A stretch of DNA of 64,000 nucleotides, from the IMG/VR virus record IMGVR_UViG_3300014204_000184, positions 3,476 to 67,475 of that record. One strand, 5' to 3'. The notes under the pieces were generated by a model. The model was not told where the DNA came from. It made no database searches and saw only the letters and a program-made list of their open reading frames with translations. Every line of letters begins with the position of its first letter. Position 1 is the first letter of the stretch. Shown here piece after piece: positions 1-9,455 of the stretch. This DNA is from a virus (taxonomy: Duplodnaviria > Caudoviricetes). The translations under genes and the position numbers were made by a program.

Positions 1-3000
1 CTTTTCGATCGCATCCGGATCTTCGGCTCCCTCTTTCATCCGATCGATCGACTGGCTGATGATGGTGAAGGTGTTGACGTCACTGATGTCGTGGAAAGCC
101 CACTCAGCAACCTGCCGGCGCTTCACGGTCGTCATGCGAAAGCGGGGGAGCAGCCGCCCGTTCTTGGCGTATTTGGGGTTCGAGAGAATCCGCTGGACGA
201 CCTGAGCGGCATCGGCCTTATTCTTAAAGGGCCGGCGGTAGACGTCGATCTCTTTCTCCAGGGGTTCACCTTCGGGGCCCTCATCCTCCACCTTCTCCAG
301 TACCTTGACCTCGAATTCTCCCTCAGGGAACATCCGCGGGAAATAGAAAGGGTTTTTTGCCAATTCCTTCCGAGAGTCCACGATCCGCATCATGTGAGGT
401 CGTGTCCTCAGGTACGCGGTCACCAGCTCCTGGGTCGCTTGCTTCAGCTCTTTGCCCTCCAGCCCATAGCCCTGATTCAGGATATCCTGGACTCCAAGAA
501 TCCCCCCCTCCATTTTCTCGTAGGTCTTCTGATAGTTGGAGACGAGAGCATTGACCTGGCGGGTCGTCATGCCCAGCACGCCCTTTTCGAGGTTCTTCAG
601 CACTGTCTGCGTCTTGACGCGGAAGCTCCTCCGAGCAGTCTGGCCGACGATCTTCAGTTCGTTCCGGCCGAGGTGCAGGATATCGGCATCGTTGAGCTCC
701 CCGTACTTCATGCTCAGCAGGTTGTACCAGGGGCTGTTGACGTAGCGTTCCAGGGCCATGTCTTCGAGGTACTGGAAGTAGTTGTCGAACATGGCATCAA
801 GGGTCTGGCGGACCCCGATCAGGGCTTCAGCTTCGACCTGGTTCAACTTGATCGTCTCCGTCCCCACCCGGATTCCCTTCTGCAGCAGATCGGCGGGGAC
901 GTAATTGAGCCGATGGACCTCCGCTTGCCGCTCTTCGGTCAACCCGGTCAGTTCCCCTTTGACCTGGTCGAGGTGGATCAGGATTTTCTCGATCCGTTGG
1001 CGCGAGACAGGATCTTTGATATCCATGAAGGATTTGATCCCGGCCAGAAACTGATGGGTGACCTCGCCCTTATGCTGCGGCCGCTCCTCTCCAAAGATGT
1101 TCCACCACCGTTGCCAATGCTTCGCAGACGTCGTCAGCTCGCCGCCCTTGCGTTCCTGGGCATTCCAGAAGGGCCGGCTCAGCCATTGGCGCCACCAGGA
1201 GAAGGCGTCGGCATTGGCCTCCCGCATCACCTTCAGCACGGCCTGATACTCACCCTGCATGGTATCGGTGAGGTTGGGGTTCTGGAGGCGGTTATAGGCT
1301 TTGAGGATGCCGGCCTGATCCTTGATCGAGAACGAAGAAAGGATTGAGGCGAGGGGCTGGACGGTCCGGTAAGCCGATCGAACCGGTGCCGTATCGGTTT
1401 CGCCCTTCATCACCATCTGCCTGGCTGCGTCGACGGCATCGCGGATATCGGACTCATTCAGCTCCAATCCGATCCCATAACGCCGGCCGAAGGCCCTGGC
1501 GAGGTCGCAGACCATCCGGACGAAGCGCTGCCACAACGTCGGGGCTCGGTACTCGAGATCCCCGTTGGCGATCATCTCGGCGGCCGCATCCAGCCGGCCC
1601 TCCTTGGTCTTGAAGTCGAACCGATAGTTGAGCGGTTCGAGGGTTCGGGCAATCTCATCCTGCCCATAGAAGTCGAAGACCCCCTGAAGGAACTGGTCAA
1701 GCCGTTCTTGGGTTCCAAAGACCCTCCGGATACCAACGTGCCCCACGGCCTCATGGAGCAGAGCCCTCCCGATCGCATCCGGCGAAGGAATGGCGTCGGC
1801 GATGAAATAGATCTGGTTGTCGGGAGTCGTAAAAGCACCCACTTCGGTGGGGCTGTTCGTGCTCAACACCCAATTTTTCAGGTCGTCCGGGAGATCCTCG
1901 ATGCTCTGAACGGTTTCGACGGCGCCGGGGTCCATGCCGTCCATTTCCGTCAGCATGTCCTGAACCATCAGGCGAACCCCGGATTCACTCATTCCGGGAC
2001 CGGTCTGCCCGACCATCCGCGACCATGTGGGTTGGGGCTCCAGGAGACTCTCGCGCATCTCCGGCGTAAGTTTCCCCGACCAGACCGTATGCCGGTAGGT
2101 ATTGGGATTTGGCTGAACGATGACGTTGGAAGGAGGCGGAAAGATTCTGTGGTTCAGGACATCCCCAATCTCATCCTGGGTCTGGAGAACCGTAGCCTCA
2201 TCAGCGTTATCGGTGGAAATGAACTCGCGCGCTCCCGGTGCGGTGAATTTGATCTTCAAATAGGGACCGTCTGCCCCAGCCCGGAAAACATAACCGTTTC
2301 TGCCGCCACGGATCTCCGACTTCTCCACCCGGGCGCCAGGCCACTGGCGCAGAAACCGCTTGGCGAACCCGGTAACCTTTTCATCGTAGAATACCTCCAT
2401 CCCCTTGCCGCCGATCACAAGATCCAGGCCCTCATAGACCTGAGTCTGCTCGTTGCTTGCCAGAATCTTTTTCGCCATATCCTTTCCGACAACATCGGGA
2501 AGCTTTTCGGCAGGGAATAAGCCGATGCCGCGTTGCTGGTCATTATGATCGGTGATCATTATACTCCATGATTTTTTTACCTGTTCAGCGCGAAGGCTCT
2601 TGATCTGCTTACTCAGATCGTACCGATCGGCCTGCTGCTTTCCGGTTGTCCATGATACCTGGTCGAAGCCATTCTCGGCCGCGTAGCGGAAGGCCCGCCG
2701 AAGGAGAACCTCGTGATAATTGTCGGCGAACGGCGGGATGATGTTCAATTCGGCGATCTGATCGGAGAGATCCTGGATCTTATCTTGAATGCGGAAATAT
2801 CCAGGATTCCTGCTATCCAACGCAGCCGGATCCTCCCTCAATTCGTTTATCCGAGCCTGAAGACGGGATGCTTGTTTGTTTTGTTCCTCTCCACCCCGTT
2901 CTGCCCAATCCGACTGGATCTCATTGACCATCAGGACACGTTGGCCTTGCGCGTTAGAGAAGGATGCTGTCCGGAGCCACCCCACGATATTCTTCCGACC

Positions 3001-6000
3001 TCCGAAATGCTGCGAGGTGAAGGAAAGTCCCTCGGGGGGATTGTCCCAGCGAAAAAGGATTTCGGCTACGTCAGACCCTCCGAGCAGGTTGAGCCGTGTG
3101 CCACCGACCGCTTCGTAAACAACGGTTTTGGTCGGCGGAACCATAACCACGTCGATCTCGTTTTCCTGGACATACCGGGCAAAAGCCTCTCGATCGATCC
3201 GGCCATCTTTCTGGTTCCGTTCCAGCCAGCCATCGATGTCCATGAATTTCATTTCAGCCGGCTTTACCCCATGTGTCTGGAGCCACTTGGGGATCGACTG
3301 TGCGACCGCCGGCATGGTCTTGGTGTTCTCGGTGACCGCCTTTACTAGTTGGGAGTAGAAAGCCGGGCGGGGCGCCCGGGAGAACAGCAGGCCCTGTTTG
3401 GGAGGAGGAGGAGCTTCGGACATGCCGGGCCCCACCGCACCCTTCGGCGTAAGGGCAAAGTTCTTTTCCATCTCAACTCCCGGAATCTCTCCGGTCCCGA
3501 TCTCCCCCCGCGTAACAGCTCGATCGACGTCGACCTTCCCGATGCGCTCAAGAATATCCGCGTAGGCGGCCATCATCGAGAACCAGTTCTTCGTCTCCCG
3601 GCTCTGCACCAGAACCTCGTGGACGGGGTGGTAGGGGCGGCCGGCGAAGATCCGCTTCATCACCCGGGCCCGTTGGACGGCCTGATAATAGACGTCCTCT
3701 TTGGCCACTGGTTTATTCTGGTTGGCACGCAGGGAGGCTTCCGCCTGAGCCCTCTGGCCCGCGGCATCCTTTTTGGCGAATTCGGACGAGTACTGCTGGG
3801 TGCGCAGCTCGGCCATTAGCGCCGGCACATCGGACTTGGCGATGATCACCGGCACCTTCTTGCCATCCGGGTAATAGACAACACGTTTCTCCGGTTCCGT
3901 GGGATGTTCGTAGATAGCGATCCCCATCCCTACCAGGCGGGCGTTTGCGGACGAGGGGGTCAGATCATCGGGGGTTGCTGGGACTCCAGCGGGTACTTGG
4001 TCAGGACGGCTTCCAGACTCCCCAGCCGATTCACCTCGTCCAAGATCCCCGAATAGGTCTCCGCCAGGGCTTCGTTGCGCTCCCCGCGAAAAAGCTCGAG
4101 GTTGGTCGCCAGTCCGGAGATCAGTTCGTCCCACATCTCCTCCGTACTCTTTCCCCTCAAATTCTTTAAGGCCCTTTGTAGCGTTTCGAGTTGTGCTTTT
4201 TTCATACTCACCTCTCATGGACAGAAACTCTGTTTCGTAACGGAAGTAGACCTCCTTGAGGACGGCTTGGAAGTACTCCTTCTTCCCGTTGTCGGCGAAG
4301 AAGTTGTCCACCGTCCCCATCTCCGTGTTGAACCGTTCGTCGTGGGTCATGTCGCCGGTATGGGCGAGCTCATGGATCATGGCCGTGTACCACTGGTTGA
4401 CCCAGCCGAAAGGTGTTCGGTAATCCTGCCCGATGACGTAGAAGGGGTTGATCATCATGGCCTTGTAGGGTACGCGGAGATGAATTCCGGCGTAATCCTT
4501 ATCCAGGGAGATCCCGGCGAAGAAGAGATCGTTGAGCTTCTCGTATCCCCACCAATTGGTTGCGGCCATGACCTCCTTCATCTCGGTGAAAACGGATCCC
4601 ATTTCGGCGAAGAACTTCGTCGCGTTCACAGGGTTTTGTGTCGCGGCGGCCAGGTCAACGCTGAGATTGTTGTGATAGATGGGATTCTTTGGATCTTGAG
4701 CAATATCGACCATGAAGTCAGATGCACGCGGGGCCGCCTTATCGGTTTCGAACGTGCTCTTCTTCAGATTATCGGAAGAGATAAGCTGATTGCCCTTGGC
4801 ATCCACAATGCCGGCAAGTTTCGGTTTGACCTCGATCGCTTCCGGGATCACCATCTTCTCCGTTGGCTCCGCGGTCTGACGCCCGGCCATCAAATCATCG
4901 AGCGCCTTGGTCTGTTTCTCCCAGGCTTTCAGATACCGGGCTTCGATATCTCCAACGACATCCGCTCCCACCTCGTCAATCCGCGGAAGCGCCTTGATAT
5001 CCCTGAAATTATCTTTTAGATTCTGCGCCTCATTGCCCCTCGCCACCATAGCCAGATATCGGCCCAACGATTGCACGTCATCTTTGATCCGGTCCTTGAA
5101 TCCTTCCCGGTTATTGGTGAAGGGATAGTCGGGATGATCCGCGCGGACGTTCGGCTTGATGTCCACGATGATATTGTAGGGAATGTTTTCGAACTGCCCG
5201 ATCGTAAAGGCGGGCGAAAACTGATAGAGGCCGCTGGACAGGACACGATGGCCGGGAGATTTTGTCCGCTCGATGCCAAAGTAGATGTCTGCTTCTCCCC
5301 ACTCAAATTTGGCATGGGTGATGAATGGAACGGCTTCTTGAGACGTGTTGACGCCCAGCAGGAGCGTCTCTTTCTCATCATTGAACTGCGCGGTCACCTC
5401 AACCGGCCCGAGCAAGGGTTTGGCCAGGAATCCATTCTTCACCCCGTAGGCCATCGACCATGGGAAGTTTACTGCTCGTTTTTCCCCGGTCCTCTGATCG
5501 ATTCTGAATCCCGGCAGCCAGACGGTCACTTCGGTCCCATGCTCGGCGGCATCGGCCGGTTCCGGCTGGTACTTGAAGTTGCTCGCCTTGATGTCATCGG
5601 TGGTGGCGTCGACAACCGTCCGGACACCATCGCGTACCGTAGAAACGCGAATCCGTTCGGCGCCGGCAATAAACGCCAGCTTCGCCAGTCCCAGGCCTCC
5701 AGAAGAAAGGCTGGGGGGAACGTTCTTCTGTGATCCGCCGATCCGGAAGAAGGCCTTCTTCATCGTTTCCCGAGTCATCCCAACGCCGTCATCGGTTACC
5801 TTGATGGTTCTGGCCGAAGAATTCACATTGATGGCGATGTGGCCGACCTCGTATCCCTTTTGGTATACCTCTTCCTTGACGGCATCAAAGGCATTCTGCG
5901 TGAGCTCCTTGATGGTCACTTCGGAGAGATTGGCGGCGTACTGATCACCGAGTAACTGGACCAGTTTCATGGTGTCGACGTCCAGCCGACCATCTTCCTC

Positions 6001-9000
6001 TTCGAACTTATCAGCGGTCTGTTTTACCTTCTTCGAGAAGGCTATGGTTGCCTCCGGAATCTTCTGCAGCCGGGACACCCTCACCGTCACGAAGGATTTG
6101 GCCGGCATATCTTTCATCCGGATCTTTGCCGTGTTCCCCTCGATCCCCAGGACGATTCCTTCCCCGGTCAGACCAACCCGGACCCGGTCACCCTTCTCAA
6201 GCAGTTTGGCAGCCTCGGTCTCCGCGACCAAGCTGTCGGCGCTGTCGGTGATAGCGATGTTGATGGGCTCTGCCGCGGCTTCTTCGATATCGGCCTCTTC
6301 GGCCAGATCCTGGATCAGCTCGATATCATCGGCGTAACGATCGCTGGGCTCATTTTCCGGATGGAAGTTGTCGTTTTCATCCTCTCCCCCATAGGCAAAA
6401 GACCACTCATCCGGATTGTACCACCGCTTCATCTTGGCATCAGCCCGGGCCTGCTTCAGGGTATCGTAGGGCCCGGAACCGACTTCGTAGCCCGGCACGG
6501 ACAGGATGAACCAGCCGCGCTGGACGATATTCGGCTCGATCTCCGCGAAAAGCTGGTTCACCTCGCCGATTATTTCTTCGGGGGTAAAGTCGGCGTAGTC
6601 CGGATTGCCTTCAGTCGACTCAATAAGTGCTTGCTTAATCTCTTGGTCGCTAAAGCCTTCAGAATGGAGGATCTCGATGATTTTTTCGTCGGTGACTTCT
6701 TCGCTTTGGATGATCTCAATGATTTTTTTGAGGTTTGCATCGCGGTTCTCCTCTACCTGGGCCTGAACTTCGGCGTCATGCTCCAGGGCTTTCTTCTTGG
6801 TAAGTTGTTCGATGTAGTCGACCTCAGCTTCCCCGATCGCGCCTTCCTCGCCGGCACGATGCCGGCCCATCTCGCGCGGATCGAGCAGCGAGAGGACCAA
6901 TCCCTCTGCGTCACGGAACCCGTGAGCGGTCGCCGATTCTCCCACGTCCATTCCCGATGTCCGCAGCAACCCGGGATAGGCGTGGTTGAGGATCTTCGGC
7001 GCCGTCGCATCGATCCTTCGTACCTGATCGGTCTTCAGCCCCCCCTCTTTCTTCAGCTCCTGGACAACGGCGTTCATGGGGTTGACGGATTTGGATTCCT
7101 TCTTCTTCGGCTTTGCGACCGGCTTCGACTTCGGCTCGGCCTTTTTCGTCGGGATCGCCCGGCCTTCAGGGACAAACGGCTTCACGGACCCACGAACCTC
7201 TTCGGCAAGGTCAAAGAGGCGGTCTTCAACCTTTTCCGGCGCAATGGTTCTGCCGTTCGTGATGTTCCGCCATTTCCCGGTTTTCCCCTTGATCCACTCG
7301 CCTTTCTCTTTCCCGGCTGAAACCGTGAACGTGGTCCCCAGGGGATGATCGGACATCTCTTTGACGAAGGTGTCTTTGTTCTTCCGAACCTTCTCAATGG
7401 CTGCCCGAATGCTTCCGCCCTTTTCGGCCACAATTGCCGGTTTGGCCACGACCCCAGGCGCGAGCTGTTCTTTCCCAACGTTGGGAGCTGAAACGGGCTT
7501 GCTATGGTCTTCCTTCAGCCACTCTTTGAACCGGTCCATCGGCATTTCAGTGATGCCCATGATCCTGGAGGGGCCGGTGGCGTCATAGTTGTCCAAATAA
7601 CCCTGCCGGGCTTCTTCGATCGTGTTGAACCCGACCAGGGTCTTGTGCTCATCGAACTTCTTCGTCCGCGGGTCTTGCTGATCAACGACGAAGACGGTGG
7701 GGCTCTCCGGATTGCTACCCAGGAAGATATCGACGGGATCTCCGTCCTTGCCCTTCGTCCCGAGTACGTGCCCGTAGTGATTGCGGATGGGGGTCTCCCA
7801 GGACTTCCCGTTTTCATCGACGCCCTTCCGGACAGAACCGGCTGGGTTCTCGATGCTGATGGACAGCCCCTGGAGCAATTGGGGTTCGGGGTGGCCCTTC
7901 TGATATGTCCCGGCTTCCTTTTGCGCCTCAGAGGGCTCCGGGAGGTCATTGGAGGGCGACGTGGAAGCTTCGTTGGCAGCTTGATCGATGGCGGCTTGTT
8001 TGCCGGCGAAGTCTTCCTGCTTGCGTTTGATCGCATCCGGGAGGCTTTCCCCTTCCCCCAGCAAGAAGGTTGTGCCGCCGGGAATCGAAAACATAGGGAG
8101 GGGAGCTTTATTTCGGCGTTCCTGGAAGCCATTGAACTTGACCCCATTCTGTGTGGCCAACGCCTCGTAGTTTGGCTTGGCCGGCTGCATCCGCACCTCT
8201 TTGGGCAGCTTCCGAAACACCGATACCCCACCGTGTTCCCGGATCCAGGTGGCATCTTCGGCCGTCCATTGACCTACCGGCCTGCCGTAGATCTCGGCGG
8301 CTTTGGTTTGTTCCTCCGGAAGAAGGGCGGGAAGAGGGGCCGGCTCCAGTTCTCCTTGGATAGGAGGAGGAGCGGCAGCAGGACCCAAAGGCAACGGCGC
8401 GGCGGCTTCTCCGGCCGGGGCTTCGACGGGTGGATTGATCTCCGACTCGAGCTCGCGGATCTGCTGGGCAAGAGGATCTTTGTCGAGAGCCTCCTTGATC
8501 TTCGCAGCCGGGCTGATCTTCTCCATAAAGCGGCCGGCGATCTGCGCGCCAGAACTCTGTGCGAAACCCGCCAACATTCCCATTGCTCCCTGTTCGAGAA
8601 CGTTTTCCCCGACAGGCTTCCCCAAGGAAATGTTTTGGGCAATCTGCTCCTGCATAGATTGGGGGAGTTCTTCAAGGAGGCCTTCCTGCATGGCCCCGAC
8701 GAGAACCTTCTTGAAGATGTTCTTTTCCGGGATTCCAACTTCACCGGTCCGGGCGCCAGCCATCAGGGTATTGATGTCATCGACTCCCAGCTTTGCCGCC
8801 AGCTTCCCGCCCATAACACCGATCAAGCCGGTTACTGCGCCGGCACCAACATTCAGCGCGACCTGCTTCGGGTCAACCAGTCCGCTCTCGGTCTCCTGTC
8901 GGACCTGTTCGAGATTCTGACCGGCCGTAACCGCGCCTTCGGCAACACCGCCGATGGTCGCGGCACGCTTCAGCCGTCCCGCTCCCTCCAGGCCTTTCAT

Positions 9001-9447
9001 GCCGAGCCCGACCCCTTCCAGGATCGTTTTCGTCAACTTTGTCCCGGCGGCCATCGAGGGGATGGATTCAGCCACGACCTGGGCGATCGAAGACGGATTC
9101 TGGACCATCGCCGAGACCGTCGGCAGGAATCCCTTTGCCTCTGAAACCTTCGTCATCGCTTCCTGGGTTTCTGGCGTCAGCAGGTTCGTAAAGGCCGCGT
9201 TGGCTTTCTTGAACCCACCTATCCCCAATCCCTCTCCGATCGCCTCCACGGCCTTGCCAGCCCCACCAAAGGTGGGAATGTCGGCGAGGCCGGTAATCGT
9301 CTCTGGAATTCCAACGACGGCACCCTTGGCCAGCCCGACCAGGGGATCCACAATTCCACGTCTCAGCAGCGAGGAAGGTTCCGGAGGAGGGTCGTCGGGG
9401 AACGCCATCGTGGTCGATTGCTCATCATCAGGAAAGATCATTGCCAT
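1..9447 (-). CDS. Giant (>3149 aa, C-terminus beyond window) virion-injected polyvalent protein: Gly/Ala-rich hydrophobic N-terminus, InPase-like domain (~7540-7960), GHKL ATPase (~5500-5920), HExxH peptidase (~4300-4520), FYSxL...EIQSDW domain (~2300-3320), second HExxGH peptidase-like domain (~1550-1900)
   Basis: ATG at 9447 (MAMIFPDDEQ...). I translated sampled stretches by hand, and the ORF track lists no closed ORF from this start, consistent with an open frame to base 1. All long plus-strand ORFs here are in the exact antisense frame. Motifs read: EAQKEAGTYQKGH...ISIENPAGSVRKG...HYGHVLGTKGKDGDPVDIF...FDEHK; KELTQNAFDA / DDGVGM / GGLGLAK / HGTEV; MIHELAH; LLHEAVGHVG. Confidence 0.9.
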   Translation of the reverse strand, partial: MAMIFPDDEQSTTMAFPDDPPPEPSSLLRRGIVDPLVGLAKGAVVGIPETITGLADIPTFGGAGKAVEAIGEGLGIGGFKKANAAFTNLLTPETQEAMTKVSEAKGFLPTVSAMVQNPSSIAQVVAESIPSMAAGTKLTKTILEGVGLGMKGLEGAGRLKRAATIGGVAEGAVTAGQNLEQVRQETESGLVDPKQVALNVGAGAVTGLIGVMGGKLAAKLGVDDINTLMAGARTGEVGIPEKNIFKKVLVGAMQEGLLEELPQSMQEQIAQNISLGKPVGENVLEQGAMGMLAGFAQSSGAQIAGRFMEKISPAAKIKEALDKDPLAQQIRELESEINPPVEAPAGEAAAPLPLGPAAAPPPIQGELEPAPLPALLPEEQTKAAEIYGRPVGQWTAEDATWIREHGGVSVFRKLPKEVRMQPAKPNYEALATQNGVKFNGFQERRNKAPLPMFSIPGGTTFLLGEGESLPDAIKRKQEDFAGKQAAIDQAANEASTSPSNDLPEPSEAQKEAGTYQKGHPEPQLLQGLSISIENPAGSVRKGVDENGKSWETPIRNHYGHVLGTKGKDGDPVDIFLGSNPESPTVFVVDQQDPRTKKFDEHKTLVGFNTIEEARQGYLDNYDATGPSRIMGITEMPMDRFKEWLKEDHSKPVSAPNVGKEQLAPGVVAKPAIVAEKGGSIRAAIEKVRKNKDTFVKEMSDHPLGTTFTVSAGKEKGEWIKGKTGKWRNITNGRTIAPEKVEDRLFDLAEEVRGSVKPFVPEGRAIPTKKAEPKSKPVAKPKKKESKSVNPMNAVVQELKKEGGLKTDQVRRIDATAPKILNHAYPGLLRTSGMDVGESATAHGFRDAEGLVLSLLDPREMGRHRAGEEGAIGEAEVDYIEQLTKKKALEHDAEVQAQVEENRDANLKKIIEIIQSEEVTDEKIIEILHSEGFSDQEIKQALIESTEGNPDYADFTPEEIIGEVNQLFAEIEPNIVQRGWFILSVPGYEVGSGPYDTLKQARADAKMKRWYNPDEWSFAYGGEDENDNFHPENEPSDRYADDIELIQDLAEEADIEEAAAEPINIAITDSADSLVAETEAAKLLEKGDRVRVGLTGEGIVLGIEGNTAKIRMKDMPAKSFVTVRVSRLQKIPEATIAFSKKVKQTADKFEEEDGRLDVDTMKLVQLLGDQYAANLSEVTIKELTQNAFDAVKEEVYQKGYEVGHIAINVNSSARTIKVTDDGVGMTRETMKKAFFRIGGSQKNVPPSLSSGGLGLAKLAFIAGAERIRVSTVRDGVRTVVDATTDDIKASNFKYQPEPADAAEHGTEVTVWLPGFRIDQRTGEKRAVNFPWSMAYGVKNGFLAKPLLGPVEVTAQFNDEKETLLLGVNTSQEAVPFITHAKFEWGEADIYFGIERTKSPGHRVLSSGLYQFSPAFTIGQFENIPYNIIVDIKPNVRADHPDYPFTNNREGFKDRIKDDVQSLGRYLAMVARGNEAQNLKDNFRDIKALPRIDEVGADVVGDIEARYLKAWEKQTKALDDLMAGRQTAEPTEKMVIPEAIEVKPKLAGIVDAKGNQLISSDNLKKSTFETDKAAPRASDFMVDIAQDPKNPIYHNNLSVDLAAATQNPVNATKFFAEMGSVFTEMKEVMAATNWWGYEKLNDLFFAGISLDKDYAGIHLRVPYKAMMINPFYVIGQDYRTPFGWVNQWYTAMIHELAHTGDMTHDERFNTEMGTVDNFFADNGKKEYFQAVLKEVYFRYETEFLSMRGEYEKSTTRNATKGLKEFEGKEYGGDVGRTDLRTGDQPRAFSRGAQRSPGGDLFGDLGRGESAGESGSRPDQVPAGVPATPDDLTPSSANARLVGMGIAIYEHPTEPEKRVVYYPDGKKVPVIIAKSDVPALMAELRTQQYSSEFAKKDAAGQRAQAEASLRANQNKPVAKEDVYYQAVQRARVMKRIFAGRPYHPVHEVLVQSRETKNWFSMMAAYADILERIGKVDVDRAVTRGEIGTGEIPGVEMEKNFALTPKGAVGPGMSEAPPPPKQGLLFSRAPRPAFYSQLVKAVTENTKTMPAVAQSIPKWLQTHGVKPAEMKFMDIDGWLERNQKDGRIDREAFARYVQENEIDVVMVPPTKTVVYEAVGGTRLNLLGGSDVAEILFRWDNPPEGLSFTSQHFGGRKNIVGWLRTASFSNAQGQRVLMVNEIQSDWAERGGEEQNKQASRLQARINELREDPAALDSRNPGYFRIQDKIQDLSDQIAELNIIPPFADNYHEVLLRRAFRYAAENGFDQVSWTTGKQQADRYDLSKQIKSLRAEQVKKSWSIMITDHNDQQRGIGLFPAEKLPDVVGKDMAKKILASNEQTQVYEGLDLVIGGKGMEVFYDEKVTGFAKRFLRQWPGARVEKSEIRGGRNGYVFRAGADGPYLKIKFTAPGAREFISTDNADEATVLQTQDEIGDVLNHRIFPPPSNVIVQPNPNTYRHTVWSGKLTPEMRESLLEPQPTWSRMVGQTGPGMSESGVRLMVQDMLTEMDGMDPGAVETVQSIEDLPDDLKNWVLSTNSPTEVGAFTTPDNQIYFIADAIPSPDAIGRALLHEAVGHVGIRRVFGTQERLDQFLQGVFDFYGQDEIARTLEPLNYRFDFKTKEGRLDAAAEMIANGDLEYRAPTLWQRFVRMVCDLARAFGRRYGIGLELNESDIRDAVDAARQMVMKGETDTAPVRSAYRTVQPLASILSSFSIKDQAGILKAYNRLQNPNLTDTMQGEYQAVLKVMREANADAFSWWRQWLSRPFWNAQERKGGELTTSAKHWQRWWNIFGEERPQHKGEVTHQFLAGIKSFMDIKDPVSRQRIEKILIHLDQVKGELTGLTEERQAEVHRLNYVPADLLQKGIRVGTETIKLNQVEAEALIGVRQTLDAMFDNYFQYLEDMALERYVNSPWYNLLSMKYGELNDADILHLGRNELKIVGQTARRSFRVKTQTVLKNLEKGVLGMTTRQVNALVSNYQKTYEKMEGGILGVQDILNQGYGLEGKELKQATQELVTAYLRTRPHMMRIVDSRKELAKNPFYFPRMFPEGEFEVKVLEKVEDEGPEGEPLEKEIDVYRRPFKNKADAAQVVQRILSNPKYAKNGRLLPRFRMTTVKRRQVAEWAFHDISDVNTFTIISQSIDRMKEGAEDPDAIEK
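3960..4205 (-). CDS. Putative nested out-of-frame gene (81 aa, MKKAQLETLQRALKNL...) inside the giant protein gene
   Basis: SD-like GAGGTGA just upstream of the ATG. The peptide looks helical and protein-like, while the host frame becomes a G/R/D-rich low-complexity linker over the same span. Confidence 0.55.
   Translation of the reverse strand: MKKAQLETLQRALKNLRGKSTEEMWDELISGLATNLELFRGERNEALAETYSGILDEVNRLGSLEAVLTKYPLESQQPPMI
6570..6740 (-). CDS. Putative nested 56-aa highly basic peptide (MQTSKKSLRSSKAKKSPTKKSSRSSILKALATKRLSKHLLSRLKAIRTTPTLPPKK)
   Basis: Strong SD (AGAGGAG, 7 nt before ATG at 6740) and TAA at 6570-6572. Locally AT-rich. Same alternative frame as 3960-4205. Confidence 0.4.
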   Translation of the reverse strand: MQTSKKSLRSSKAKKSPTKKSSRSSILKALATKRLSKHLLSRLKAIRTTPTLPPKK

Positions 9448-9455
9448 CTCAGCAC

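Noticed and set aside
6300-6380. A third possible nested ORF (MKTTTSIRK..., 21 aa) in the giant gene
   Set aside because: Too short, and the SD abuts the ATG.
91-9144. Long plus-strand ORFs (418, 270, 314, 319, 546 aa, etc.)
   Set aside because: All sit in the exact antisense frame of the giant minus-strand gene, lack RBS and motifs, and read as shadow sequence.
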